64,000 bases of DNA from Candidatus Hermodarchaeota archaeon. GTDB lineage: Archaea; Asgardarchaeota; Thorarchaeia; Thorarchaeales; Thorarchaeaceae. The position numbers and the translations under genes are program-made. Position 1 is the first letter of the stretch. Each line of letters opens with the position of its first letter. The notes under the pieces were generated by a model, which had not been told where the DNA came from, did no database searches, and worked only from the letters and a program-made list of their open reading frames with translations. Positions 27,935 to 37,391 of the stretch are shown one piece after another. The stretch covers positions 16,106 to 80,105 of the forward strand of contig JBHLLF010000012.1 of the NCBI GenBank assembly GCA_048885865.1. The letters are read 5' to 3'.

Positions 27935-29230
27935 ATGGATTTCATTATGGAGCTGAACGATCCTATCCATGGTTTCATCGGACTCACAGAACTTGAGTCC
28001 AAAGTTATTAACTCAAAGCCCTATCAACGACTGAGACGGATAAAGCAGCTCTCTGGTGGCCATTTCGTATACCCAGCAGCTGAACATACACGTTTCGGAC
28101 ACTGCATTGGTGCAATGTATCTAGCTGGTCTGACAGGAAAAAGGCTACTCGGACCAATGGATCTTGGTGATAAGACCTTTCAAGAGGTACGTATTTCGGG
28201 CCTTTTACATGACATGGGTCATGGTCCATTCAGTCATGTGTTTGAAGAGTCGCTTCTTGAACGAAGGGGTTGGAACCACGAAGACGTGACCGAGTGGATC
28301 ATCCGTGAAAGCGAGGTTGGAGACCTCCTTGAGGATGGTGGAATATCTAAGAACCGAATAGCCAACCTAGTTCGCGGAAGACGTGAAACCAAGACTGACT
28401 CAGTTGTTAGTTCCATCGTTGCAGGTCAAGTCGATGCTGATAAGATGGACTATCTGATTCGAGACTCATTCTATTGCGGGGTCAATTATGGTCTTGTTGA
28501 CATACATCGACTCATCAACAGTTTGGAAGTTTCTGATGATTTGATACTTGAATTCGACATTGCAGCCAGAGGCGCCCTGGAAGCATTCCTTGTTGCACGG
28601 TATGAGATGTTTCTCAATGTCTATTATCATAAAACAGTTCGCAGTGTTGAGGTAATGTTGGTCAAGCTCATGAATGCTGCAGACAGTGTTTTGGGATTGA
28701 CAAGCTTCTCAACTCCTGAGGAGTTTCTGAAACTAGATGATATGTCACTGATATCAAGAATTAGAAAGATTGACCCCACCGAGTCTGAGGATGCCAGAGA
28801 AGCCGTCACAATGGTAAACATGTTAGATTCGCGTATTCTGTACAAATCAGTATTCGAGAAGGTGCTGCATACCGAAGATCGTTTTGTTTCCAAAATTCTT
28901 ACGAAACGTAGAGTTAGAGAGAGCATTCAGGATGAGATTGCAGCATTAGCAGGTGTACCAGCCGATGAAGTAATCGTAGACGTACCTACTCTCCCATCAG
29001 TTCCCTATAATCCACATCAGCTCAATCCCATGGAGATACGAATCTTTGAGATGATTGATGGCAAGAAGGTGTCTCATAATCTCTCAGAATACTCAAACAT
29101 TGCAGAGATGATGAAGGTGTATCTCGATGTTATTCGTGTGTATACATTTGACCACAATCGTAGAAAGGTCGGGAAAGCAGCCCGTGAAGTCTTTCAAGAA
29201 GTCCCAGACGCCGCATTAATTCACATGTGA
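27935..29230 (+). CDS. HD-domain phosphohydrolase, SAMHD1/dNTP triphosphohydrolase-like
   Basis: DPIHG, QRLRRIKQL, HTRFGH, LLHDMGHGPFSH, DADKMDYLIRD, VYYHK. Confidence 0.9.
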   Translation: MDFIMELNDPIHGFIGLTELESKVINSKPYQRLRRIKQLSGGHFVYPAAEHTRFGHCIGAMYLAGLTGKRLLGPMDLGDKTFQEVRISGLLHDMGHGPFSHVFEESLLERRGWNHEDVTEWIIRESEVGDLLEDGGISKNRIANLVRGRRETKTDSVVSSIVAGQVDADKMDYLIRDSFYCGVNYGLVDIHRLINSLEVSDDLILEFDIAARGALEAFLVARYEMFLNVYYHKTVRSVEVMLVKLMNAADSVLGLTSFSTPEEFLKLDDMSLISRIRKIDPTESEDAREAVTMVNMLDSRILYKSVFEKVLHTEDRFVSKILTKRRVRESIQDEIAALAGVPADEVIVDVPTLPSVPYNPHQLNPMEIRIFEMIDGKKVSHNLSEYSNIAEMMKVYLDVIRVYTFDHNRRKVGKAAREVFQEVPDAALIHM

Positions 29231-29345
29231 TTATTGGCTAAGCTTAGCACAAACTCATACCACGAAGAACATAGTCTGTGTGGTGATTATATAGTAACCT
29301 CCGAGATTCTACATTGGACCATCTTCTAGGTCCGGAGCTGAACGA

Positions 29346-30293
29346 TTGACTGACGAGCTAACCGAAACGCTGCAAACCATAAAGATGATTGCCGGCGTTG
29401 AAAATGTAGTCCTAATTCAGAAGGATGGGCTTCCCGTTGCTAGTGCTGGGGTTTGGTTCAGCAAGGAAGAAGTATTCGCGGTCGCATCATCAACATGTGC
29501 AATCTATGGTGTTGCACGTCTTATCCATGGCGAATTCAAGTATCTTCTCATGGAGTCTGAAACCTCCAAAGTATTTCTTGCATCACTTCCCAATGATCCT
29601 GACTACTTCTTGACGGTTACAACAGCACCCAGAGTGAATCTTGCGGCGCTATTCATAGAGATGAAGGACAGTTTGTCTCGTGTTTCATTCTTGCTGCGAC
29701 AGCATGTGGATGGACGGCTCCCACCACTGCGCTCCTACAGTACCGATGAAACCCATCGCGTTCTTAGTGGATTCGCTGTGGCTGAAGGACAAGACACCTC
29801 CTATACCACATCACGGTCAATCATCTCACTTGACCGGTCTCAAGCTCTCACACTGAGAGCGCTACTACGGCAAGTTCATGATAGCATTCCTGATATCGAC
29901 TCGGTCTTTCTCTCTCTAAGTGGGGGCGTTCGTGTTTCTCTAGAGGGATTTACTAATGATAGACTTGCTGCAATGTCATTTGCACTACATGATGCATCAG
30001 AACGCGTGGTACGAACGCTCCGAAACAGCTCTCTTCAGACTGTTCTCTGCGAAGCGGGATCTACAAGACACTTCATCTATGCGGTGCCAAACGGGGTGTT
30101 CAGTCTTTGGGTAAATCGTGGTGGTCAAAAACTTGGTCTCATGCGGCTTCTACTGAAGCACTACATAGAGGAAATCAAGCGAGTTCTCAGTACTGCCGAA
30201 GTAATGCGTCCTTCAGTTCCGGATGATCTAAGGGAGCTGCTTCTAGCTGGCGGCAATGACAATGGAGTAGTTTTAGCGAGGCGAGAGCCATGA
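29346..30293 (+). CDS. Tandem roadblock/LC7 (MglB/LAMTOR-like) domain protein
   Basis: Two repeats: IAGVENVVLIQKDGLPVAS..VNLAALFIEMK and IPDIDSVFLSLSGG..LAAMS..KLGLMRLLLK, joined by a ~40-aa linker. Confidence 0.82.
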   Translation: MTDELTETLQTIKMIAGVENVVLIQKDGLPVASAGVWFSKEEVFAVASSTCAIYGVARLIHGEFKYLLMESETSKVFLASLPNDPDYFLTVTTAPRVNLAALFIEMKDSLSRVSFLLRQHVDGRLPPLRSYSTDETHRVLSGFAVAEGQDTSYTTSRSIISLDRSQALTLRALLRQVHDSIPDIDSVFLSLSGGVRVSLEGFTNDRLAAMSFALHDASERVVRTLRNSSLQTVLCEAGSTRHFIYAVPNGVFSLWVNRGGQKLGLMRLLLKHYIEEIKRVLSTAEVMRPSVPDDLRELLLAGGNDNGVVLARREP

Positions 30294-31210
30294 CTTATTC
30301 TATAATGCGAATGATTGAACTAATGGGGGACGATTTTCCGCTTCTGCTAAATTCCGTGATGAATCGCCTTCCTATCTTGGTAACTGGTCAAGATGTTGAA
30401 TTGGTAGATGACATCACTGAAAGCCTTACCATGCTATGCCCTCACCATCATAAGCTTGTGTTTTGGCGTGATTTCACCTCAGAAAGCGAGCTTCTTGCAG
30501 TATGGGAGGAAGAAAAGCACAACTATGAAGTTAGTAGGACCATAGTCTGTGGGCTTTCGTCAAACCTAAGACTGGCTCTAGAACGAATAACCAGATTTCC
30601 TGGGTGGCTTCTTGCAATCCCCATAGGAGCCAGTGTATTAGGAATGCATGTGGATGAAGAGATGATGCAGACAGTGATTCATCGAGTATTACAGCATTCC
30701 AGCAATTGTGGAATCTTGAGAGTAAATTCTCCTTCATCGATGAACTTCTCCCTCATAGAGTCATGTAGCAGCAATTTGGAAGTGGAGAAGAAGATAGTAA
30801 CTAAGATTCTGACCCGAAAACGTCAATCTCTTGAGAGAATCAGACGTCTTCTGAGAAAATCACTTCGTGGAGTCAATGTGTCAAGTGGCATCATAAATGC
30901 CGTTTTGAAGCTTGATGACGAATCTGAGAAACTAACACATGATGTGTTTGATGAAGAAATAAGCAACTACGTGCATGCAGCCAGAAGAGCAGTTACTCTG
31001 CTATCAAGAATCCGCCTGGCCAGGGAACTTGGTGCATCCACTGCACTGACTGAGAGGAATCTGTACGAAGCAATTGGATGGGAAGGCGGTGATCTGTCTG
31101 ATCTTATCCGATTCATCCGTGCAGAGTGGCACGAGGACTTTTCTGACTGCGTGAAGTCTGGTGCTTTATCGGGCCTCGGTGCATGGGTTGACAGTATGTG
31201 GGGAACGTAA
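30290..31210 (+). CDS. Hypothetical protein, putative stand-alone cDENN/dDENN (folliculin-C-like) domain
   Basis: FPLLLNSVMNRLPILVTGQDVELVDDITESLTMLCP fits the cDENN helix-strand-helix-P pattern; helical C-terminal half; ATGA overlap with the roadblock gene. Confidence 0.55.
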   Translation: MTYSIMRMIELMGDDFPLLLNSVMNRLPILVTGQDVELVDDITESLTMLCPHHHKLVFWRDFTSESELLAVWEEEKHNYEVSRTIVCGLSSNLRLALERITRFPGWLLAIPIGASVLGMHVDEEMMQTVIHRVLQHSSNCGILRVNSPSSMNFSLIESCSSNLEVEKKIVTKILTRKRQSLERIRRLLRKSLRGVNVSSGIINAVLKLDDESEKLTHDVFDEEISNYVHAARRAVTLLSRIRLARELGASTALTERNLYEAIGWEGGDLSDLIRFIRAEWHEDFSDCVKSGALSGLGAWVDSMWGT

Positions 31211-31225
31211 TCAGGGAGTGAAGGG

Positions 31226-31804
31226 ATGATTATAGACTATGGTACTCGTACGGTCGGTCTCAAGATAGTGTTCTTTGGTCCTGCAATGAGTGGTAAAACC
31301 ACTGCCATAAGATGGCTTTTCTCGAGCCTTGATTATGCAGACAAACTGACATCCATTGAGAACACTGTTGGCAGGACCATGTTCTGCGATTTTGGCACAA
31401 TTCCATTTGCATTGGGAGACAGCTGGAAAATCAACGCTCATATATGGTCAGCAACTGGTCAAGACTTCTATAGGTCAACTAGAGAAGTGGTCCTTGTAGG
31501 TGCAGATGGAGTCATTTTCATGGTTGACTCTCAGGAACACCTATTGCAGGAGAATCAGGCAAGTTGGAACGAGCTGGTGGCATTGGTGGCGGAGGAGGAG
31601 CGACCACTGCCAATAGTTGTCTGCCTTAACAAACAAGACCTTCCCGGAGCAGTTCAAGAAGACGAAATACGGGTACACCTAAGACTTCCACGCTCAATCC
31701 CTGTGTTCAAAAGCATAGCCAAAGATGGCTTTAACATTCTGGAGGCATTTCAGCATCTCTTTCGAGACGCCATGCGAGCAAGTGTTCTCACGAAGCCAAT
31801 TTAG
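31226..31804 (+). CDS. MglA/Arf-like small GTPase
   Basis: G1 GPAMSGKTT, G2 GRTMFCDF, G3 SATGQ, GADGVIFMVDSQ, G4 NKQD, G5 SIA. Confidence 0.9.
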   Translation: MIIDYGTRTVGLKIVFFGPAMSGKTTAIRWLFSSLDYADKLTSIENTVGRTMFCDFGTIPFALGDSWKINAHIWSATGQDFYRSTREVVLVGADGVIFMVDSQEHLLQENQASWNELVALVAEEERPLPIVVCLNKQDLPGAVQEDEIRVHLRLPRSIPVFKSIAKDGFNILEAFQHLFRDAMRASVLTKPI

Positions 31805-31925
31805 TATGAATCAGAAGGGCGCAAAATCAACATCTGTAGCGAACGATTTATACGACCTCATGTAGCTGCGACGCACAGTCTTGGGCCGAAGAGTATGACG
31901 GATTCAAGAACATGAGGAATCATTC

Positions 31926-33602
31926 TTGAACACAAATCAAGATCAGACCCGCTTTGTTTTTGTTACAGGGGGCGTACTCTCCGGGATTGGAAAAGGTGTC
32001 ACAACAGCGTCGATTGCAAAGCTTTTCCAATTTCGGGGATACAAAATCGGAATAATGAAAATAGACCCCTATCTGAACATTGATCCCGGAACATTGAACC
32101 CTGTTGAGCATGGCGAGGTGTTTGTGACAGATCAGCCATGGGCCTTTTGTCCTGCGGAAGGTTTTGAGTTCATAATCTCTGAGATTGATTTGGATTTTGG
32201 TACATATGAGCGCTTTACTGGGCTGGAAGTGCATCCCTCTCAAAACATCACATCAGGTCAGATCTACATTTCAGTAATTCTAGGAGAACGAAAAGGGAGC
32301 TTCCTAGGCAGAACCGTTCAGATAATTCCTCATGTCACAGATAGGATAAAACATCGAATCTGGAAGGTGGTAGAAGAACAAAAACCCGATGTGCTGCTGG
32401 TGGAAATAGGAGGCACGGCAGGGGATATCGAGGCGATGCCATTTCTTGAGGCTGTTCGTCAGTTGATCAGTGAAGTAGGTCATGAAAGAGTTGCTCTTGT
32501 ACATGTGACTCTTGTTCCCTACATGGGCTCTGTTGGAGAGTTCAAGACCAAACCAACCCAACATAGTGTCAGGACTCTTCAAGGTCTTGGTCTTCAGCCC
32601 GATGTCATAATTTGCCGAGCTGAAAGGGAGTTGCCTCCTTCGGCGGAAAGCAAGATTGCTCTCTTCTGCAACGTTCCTGAAAATAGGGTTATCTCCAATC
32701 CCGATATCCCGGTCATCTATAGGCTGCCACTGTCATTCGAGGATCAAGGTCTCGGAAGCATTCTAACCAATCATTTAGGTCTAGAAGACAATCCGCCTGA
32801 CATTGAACAATGGCTTGAAATGGTGAAGAGGTTTGAATCTCCTACTGACAGTCTAATCATTGCAATGCCCGGGAAATATACGACACTCAGTGATTCCTAC
32901 AAGAGTATCAATGAGGCGATTTACCATGCTGCTGCAGCTTGCGGTGCTCGAGTGACAATCAAGTGGATTGAAACTGAAGAGCGTTGCGATGAGGCAAGCC
33001 TTCGTGAGGACTTGAAGGACGTAGATGGAGTGCTCTTGACACCAGGATTCGGTGAACGTGGTGTCGAAGGCATGATTTGTGCTGCTACACTGACCTTTGA
33101 TCTTGAGATTCCACTATTAGGAATCTGTTATGGCGCTCAGCTTGGAACCGTAGCTTTTGCAAGGAAAATGATGGACTGGAAGGGTGCACATACCACAGAA
33201 GTAGATGCGGACAGTCTCTATCCTGTCATAGACCTAATGGACGAGCAAAAGAACGTAGATGACAAAGGCGGGACAATGCGTCTGGGCGGTCATGAAGTAT
33301 CGATTCTAGAGGGAACAAAGCTCCACAGTATTTATGGAAAGACAACCACTAAAGAGAGGTTCAGACACAGATTCCATCTCATCGACAGGTATGTCAATAG
33401 AATGAAGGAACAAGGATTAATCGTTTCTGCGTATGATACCAGCGGTGAGATAATCAATGCTGTGGAACTTGTCGATCATCCTTTCTGGATAGGTGTTCAA
33501 TTCCATCCGGAGTTCAAGTCTCGTCCTGACTCTCCACACCCTCTCTACTTGGGCCTTATTAGAGCAGCTCTGGAATATAAGAAACAGAGAGGGAAAGCGT
33601 AG
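31926..33602 (+). CDS. pyrG: CTP synthase
   Basis: GGVLSGIGKG, DPYLNIDPGT, KTKPTQHS, GICYG, QFHPEF. Confidence 0.97.
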   Translation: MNTNQDQTRFVFVTGGVLSGIGKGVTTASIAKLFQFRGYKIGIMKIDPYLNIDPGTLNPVEHGEVFVTDQPWAFCPAEGFEFIISEIDLDFGTYERFTGLEVHPSQNITSGQIYISVILGERKGSFLGRTVQIIPHVTDRIKHRIWKVVEEQKPDVLLVEIGGTAGDIEAMPFLEAVRQLISEVGHERVALVHVTLVPYMGSVGEFKTKPTQHSVRTLQGLGLQPDVIICRAERELPPSAESKIALFCNVPENRVISNPDIPVIYRLPLSFEDQGLGSILTNHLGLEDNPPDIEQWLEMVKRFESPTDSLIIAMPGKYTTLSDSYKSINEAIYHAAAACGARVTIKWIETEERCDEASLREDLKDVDGVLLTPGFGERGVEGMICAATLTFDLEIPLLGICYGAQLGTVAFARKMMDWKGAHTTEVDADSLYPVIDLMDEQKNVDDKGGTMRLGGHEVSILEGTKLHSIYGKTTTKERFRHRFHLIDRYVNRMKEQGLIVSAYDTSGEIINAVELVDHPFWIGVQFHPEFKSRPDSPHPLYLGLIRAALEYKKQRGKA

Positions 33603-34759
33603 TGGACCATAACCTTGACTCAATGCTTGCCATATTGGTCGAGGAGATAGAACGTGTTGAGGACACTAGAAAGCGGTTTGGGTCAGTTCTATCACGAATC
33701 AAAGGGGAGCTGGATCTGGGTCGATATCCTGCACTTGCAGCAGACGCTGTGGAAACACAATTCTCTAAGATGATTGACCCCACAGACCTGTCTGGGCTAA
33801 GAATTGCAGGAGTTGATGGTGGTCTTATTAGAAGACGGTTCAGATCAATAGATTTGATACTCACTCGTGGCATAGCGGTGGTCTTTCAATTCGGTCCAGA
33901 AGAAGGTCCAAGGGTGGATTTCTTTCCAAGTGCTTTTCCTGAGCCCAGTATCAGACCAGTGATGCTTACATTACCGAGCCCAGAACTTGACCAACTTGGG
34001 TCCCTTGAACGCATTGCCGCAGAATTAAGAGTCACCCTATCTATCCTCGATGAATTCTATGTTGACCTGATTTTAGTAGATGGATCCCTGTTCTATCATC
34101 CCCGAGACCGACCAAGCATTGGGTCAGCTGTCTACGAGAAGTTTCAGGAAGTAGTGGCTCTGTATAGGCAGCTCTATCATAAGGCCAGAGAAAAGAGGAC
34201 AACCTTAGCAGGGATAGTAAAGGATAGTCGATCAACTCGAATAGTCAATATCCTAAGTGACATTCTTCCACATATTCTGCGTAATCCAGGCATTTTTGAA
34301 ATGATGCAAGGAGTCGACTACCGTTGGCTTCTCAAATTCTCTAGAGACTGTGATCTTCTTGACACATTTCTCGAGGAGGGTGAACGGACGTTTGCCTTCA
34401 AGTATTCAGCTGAGTTGACACAAAACACAAATTCTCTCTCAGACGATCTTTCGAAATGGGCATCTTCGATTTGGGTCACATACTTGAAGACTGCGCGTGA
34501 TGACCTCCCTATCAGAATAGAGATTCTTGTTGATGAAAGCAATGGGACTGCACAGATAGATAAGGCTCTCTCAGCTATTCTCCCTCTCTCTTGGCAGCAT
34601 CCTGAGTATGGGATCCCTACTCCAGTGCTGGAAGCAGATGCACGAGCACGAATCAGTAACAACGAAACACAACTCATTGTCGATCGATTGATGGCTCTTT
34701 CCGGTCTTACCTATGCGACACTTGAGAGAAGACGTTCAAGAAACCCATTTGGAGGTTAA
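33602..34759 (+). CDS. nurA: DNA double-strand break repair nuclease NurA
   Basis: AGVDGG, ELR, LVDGSL, GIVKDS, YGIPTPVLEAD..ARI; upstream of herA. Confidence 0.88.
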   Translation: MDHNLDSMLAILVEEIERVEDTRKRFGSVLSRIKGELDLGRYPALAADAVETQFSKMIDPTDLSGLRIAGVDGGLIRRRFRSIDLILTRGIAVVFQFGPEEGPRVDFFPSAFPEPSIRPVMLTLPSPELDQLGSLERIAAELRVTLSILDEFYVDLILVDGSLFYHPRDRPSIGSAVYEKFQEVVALYRQLYHKAREKRTTLAGIVKDSRSTRIVNILSDILPHILRNPGIFEMMQGVDYRWLLKFSRDCDLLDTFLEEGERTFAFKYSAELTQNTNSLSDDLSKWASSIWVTYLKTARDDLPIRIEILVDESNGTAQIDKALSAILPLSWQHPEYGIPTPVLEADARARISNNETQLIVDRLMALSGLTYATLERRRSRNPFGG

Positions 34760-34762
34760 TAT

Positions 34763-36277
34763 TTGTCTGAAATATCATCATTCACACCAATTGGTACCGT
34801 CATCTGCGAGCAAGACTCACCCAACGTCATGGAGTTTTCTTTCGTTGTTGAAGGGGAAGCTCATGAGCTGGTAGTAAGACGGGGCGAGTTCGTTTCAATA
34901 GCAAACGACGATCAGACAGTCATTGCTAGAGTACAAGACCTAGTGAGAGTCAACCGATATTACCAGCATGCCGAGGCCGTAAGAGAATACCAATCTAGAG
35001 GAGAGCCGCTCCGCTCAATCTTTCCTACTGACCGCTGGCAATATACTATTGCTAGAGCCCAAGTCCTTGGTCTGTGGTCCGAAAACAGGTCAGTCCGTCC
35101 ATACTTCGCCGTATCTCCAGGAGCACGAGTAAGCAAGGCAGACAGCGAAGTGCTGGCTGCTTTTCTGAATCTTGATGACACGGATGGACTCAACTTAGGT
35201 ACTCTGGCTCATCACACTCTGGAGTTCAAACCATCTATCAACCGGCTCCTTTCAAAACATCTTGCCATATTAGCCATGAGTGGTGCGGGGAAGTCCTACT
35301 TTGTTTCCGTCCTTCTTGAAGAGCTTTTAGCACGCACAAAGAAACAAGGTAGGCTGGCTGTGATTGTTGTCGACGTGCATGGAGAATACACCTACCTACA
35401 GGGCCTCACAAATGACGTATTGGGTGAGCCAGACCTCGAAATCGATATAGAGCATATTCGAGGGTCACACATCCAAATTCCAGTACAATCCCTGGCTGCT
35501 GAAGCCATAGGGTCTCTTGTTGCTGACATGAGTGCCATTCAAGTTCGTGATCTAAGGCGTGTAGTTTCTATAATGCGAAAGGACGCAAAGAATGGCTATA
35601 CACTTGGTGATATCATTGACTATGTCAGGACTGATGAAACCATCAGTAAGAACACAAGAGAGGCTCTTGTAGGATGGCTTGTTAATCTAGAAGAAACCGG
35701 ATTATTCGGCAAGGAAGGTATTCCGAATCTTAAGAGCATCATTAAACCTGGGAAGCTGACCCTCATTGACTTGAGTGACTTCATCAGTTTAAAGAAGAAG
35801 CAAATCGTCGTGTCACATTTAGTGAGCGAGCTCATGTTTCTGAGGCGCCGAGGTTCAATTCCTCCATTTCTTTTGGTCTTGGAAGAAGCCCACCAGTTTT
35901 GTCCGGAGAGCCGGCATGAGCTTGCCCTTCCTAAGAGTCGAATCGAAACTATAGCACGGGAAGGACGCAAGTTCTTCGCATTACTCTGTTTGGTTTCACA
36001 AAGACCCGTGAAACTCTCGACGACCGTGTTGAGTCAGTGCAGCAATCAAGCAATCCTCAGAGCAACGAATCCATATGACCTCGAACATATTGGGCGTAGT
36101 AGTGAAGGCATCGACCGAGCGTCATTAGACACCATAACCACACTCGAAGTAGGAGAGGCTCTTTTTGTTGGGGAAACAGTTTCGGTTCCTACTTTTGTTA
36201 AGATTCGAAGGAGGCACTTTGAGCCATCTGGGCTCACCCAAGGTCTATCTGAGGCGCTGAAAAAGGCTGACAAATAG
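34763..36277 (+). CDS. herA: HerA helicase (HAS-barrel plus ATPase)
   Basis: HLAILAMSGAGKS, DVHGEY, LEEAHQF, AREGRKF, SQRP. Confidence 0.92.
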   Translation: MSEISSFTPIGTVICEQDSPNVMEFSFVVEGEAHELVVRRGEFVSIANDDQTVIARVQDLVRVNRYYQHAEAVREYQSRGEPLRSIFPTDRWQYTIARAQVLGLWSENRSVRPYFAVSPGARVSKADSEVLAAFLNLDDTDGLNLGTLAHHTLEFKPSINRLLSKHLAILAMSGAGKSYFVSVLLEELLARTKKQGRLAVIVVDVHGEYTYLQGLTNDVLGEPDLEIDIEHIRGSHIQIPVQSLAAEAIGSLVADMSAIQVRDLRRVVSIMRKDAKNGYTLGDIIDYVRTDETISKNTREALVGWLVNLEETGLFGKEGIPNLKSIIKPGKLTLIDLSDFISLKKKQIVVSHLVSELMFLRRRGSIPPFLLVLEEAHQFCPESRHELALPKSRIETIAREGRKFFALLCLVSQRPVKLSTTVLSQCSNQAILRATNPYDLEHIGRSSEGIDRASLDTITTLEVGEALFVGETVSVPTFVKIRRRHFEPSGLTQGLSEALKKADK

Positions 36278-36382
36278 AATAATCTATGATATTCTCCAAT
36301 TAGAGGCTATTCCCAAAACAGTCAAAAAGAAAAAACATTAGCTCTCCTCAAAGCACCTACTGGATATGCGGGGGCCCTGCGT

Positions 36383-36898
36383 TTGTCTGATAAGAATCTC
36401 GAAGAAATTAAGAAAATTATCGACATTATGCAATCTGGACTTGTAGAGCTATTTGACCAGCTCCACGAACTCAGACGTCAATTGGATTTAGCAGGTGCAG
36501 ATTTTGAATCTAGCCCCTCACTTTCACCAGCTCCAACAATCTCTAAGGCTGCGGCTGCAACCAAAGAAGAAGACACAAACGAATCATCATCAGCTACAAG
36601 CATGCCCCCGGACGAATTAGCTGACATTCCCCTGACAAATGAGAATGTTTCAATTGTTCTTGATCCCATCACGCAGGAATTGCAGACTGGAGAGGCACCT
36701 GCTCAGGTCATAGCAGAATATCTTGAGGCTGCTAAAGACTATCTTATTCAAGAACATTCAGCCAATGAGAAGGTCGTACGGGACATAGATGTGGTATTGA
36801 AATTCCTCCACGCCAGAGGCAAAAAGGGAATTCGACCAGAAGAACGAGATAACATCCTTGAACGAATTCGAAGATGGAAGGTACACCTAACCATCTAA
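36383..36898 (+). CDS. Hypothetical protein (coiled coil, S/P/E-rich linker, helical domain)
   Basis: 171-aa ORF with TTG start; composition only. Confidence 0.65.
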   Translation: MSDKNLEEIKKIIDIMQSGLVELFDQLHELRRQLDLAGADFESSPSLSPAPTISKAAAATKEEDTNESSSATSMPPDELADIPLTNENVSIVLDPITQELQTGEAPAQVIAEYLEAAKDYLIQEHSANEKVVRDIDVVLKFLHARGKKGIRPEERDNILERIRRWKVHLTI

Positions 36899-36921
36899 AA
36901 TGTCAGGATGAAAGAAGCAAG

Positions 36922-36950
36922 AACCTCACCCAGCAATTCTGGATGAGGTT
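36922..36950. terminator. Hairpin between convergent genes
   Basis: AACCTCACCCAG-CAATT-CTGGATGAGGTT, 11 of 12 bp paired. Confidence 0.4.
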
Positions 36951-36962
36951 AAAGGGCCCTCA

Positions 36963-37283
36963 CTATTCCAAATCGATTATGATACGTTTGACTTTCGTCT
37001 TTGATATCTTCTTCAAACCGTGTTGCCCGGGTTCGTAACGGCATTCCAGAAGACCCGATTCATAAAGTATCTTGATTTGGGCACTGGCATTCGCCTCCGT
37101 TCCCCCGAGGTGTCGTGCCACTCGTGTCACATCCTTCTCACCCTGCAGAAGGAGTTTGAGTATCTTTAGCCTAGTTCCAGAAGATAGCGCTCGTCCAATG
37201 CGTAGAATAGCGTCGTCCTTGTCAATTTGCAGTGTTTCAGACAGTAGTAACACCTCGCATGAGTTAGCCTGTTGCTCAAGCAA
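36963..37283 (-). CDS. ArsR-family HTH regulator
   Basis: RALSSGTRLKILKLL..VTRVA..ANASAQIKIL..GLL. Confidence 0.85.
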   Translation of the reverse strand: MLEQQANSCEVLLLSETLQIDKDDAILRIGRALSSGTRLKILKLLLQGEKDVTRVARHLGGTEANASAQIKILYESGLLECRYEPGQHGLKKISKTKVKRIIIDLE

Positions 37284-37391
37284 GTCTTTATTATACTTGT
37301 TGTTTGTGTATACTTTTTTTGCTAGTGCGCTTCTATACCGATGTCAATCCTTATAGCCAAAGCAACGAACGCGCAATCGAGTGCAGAGCCC

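Noticed and set aside
33602-36277. nurA-herA as an antiviral HerA system
   Set aside because: Motifs and pairing fit the housekeeping DNA end-resection pair; no Sir2 or other effector partner.
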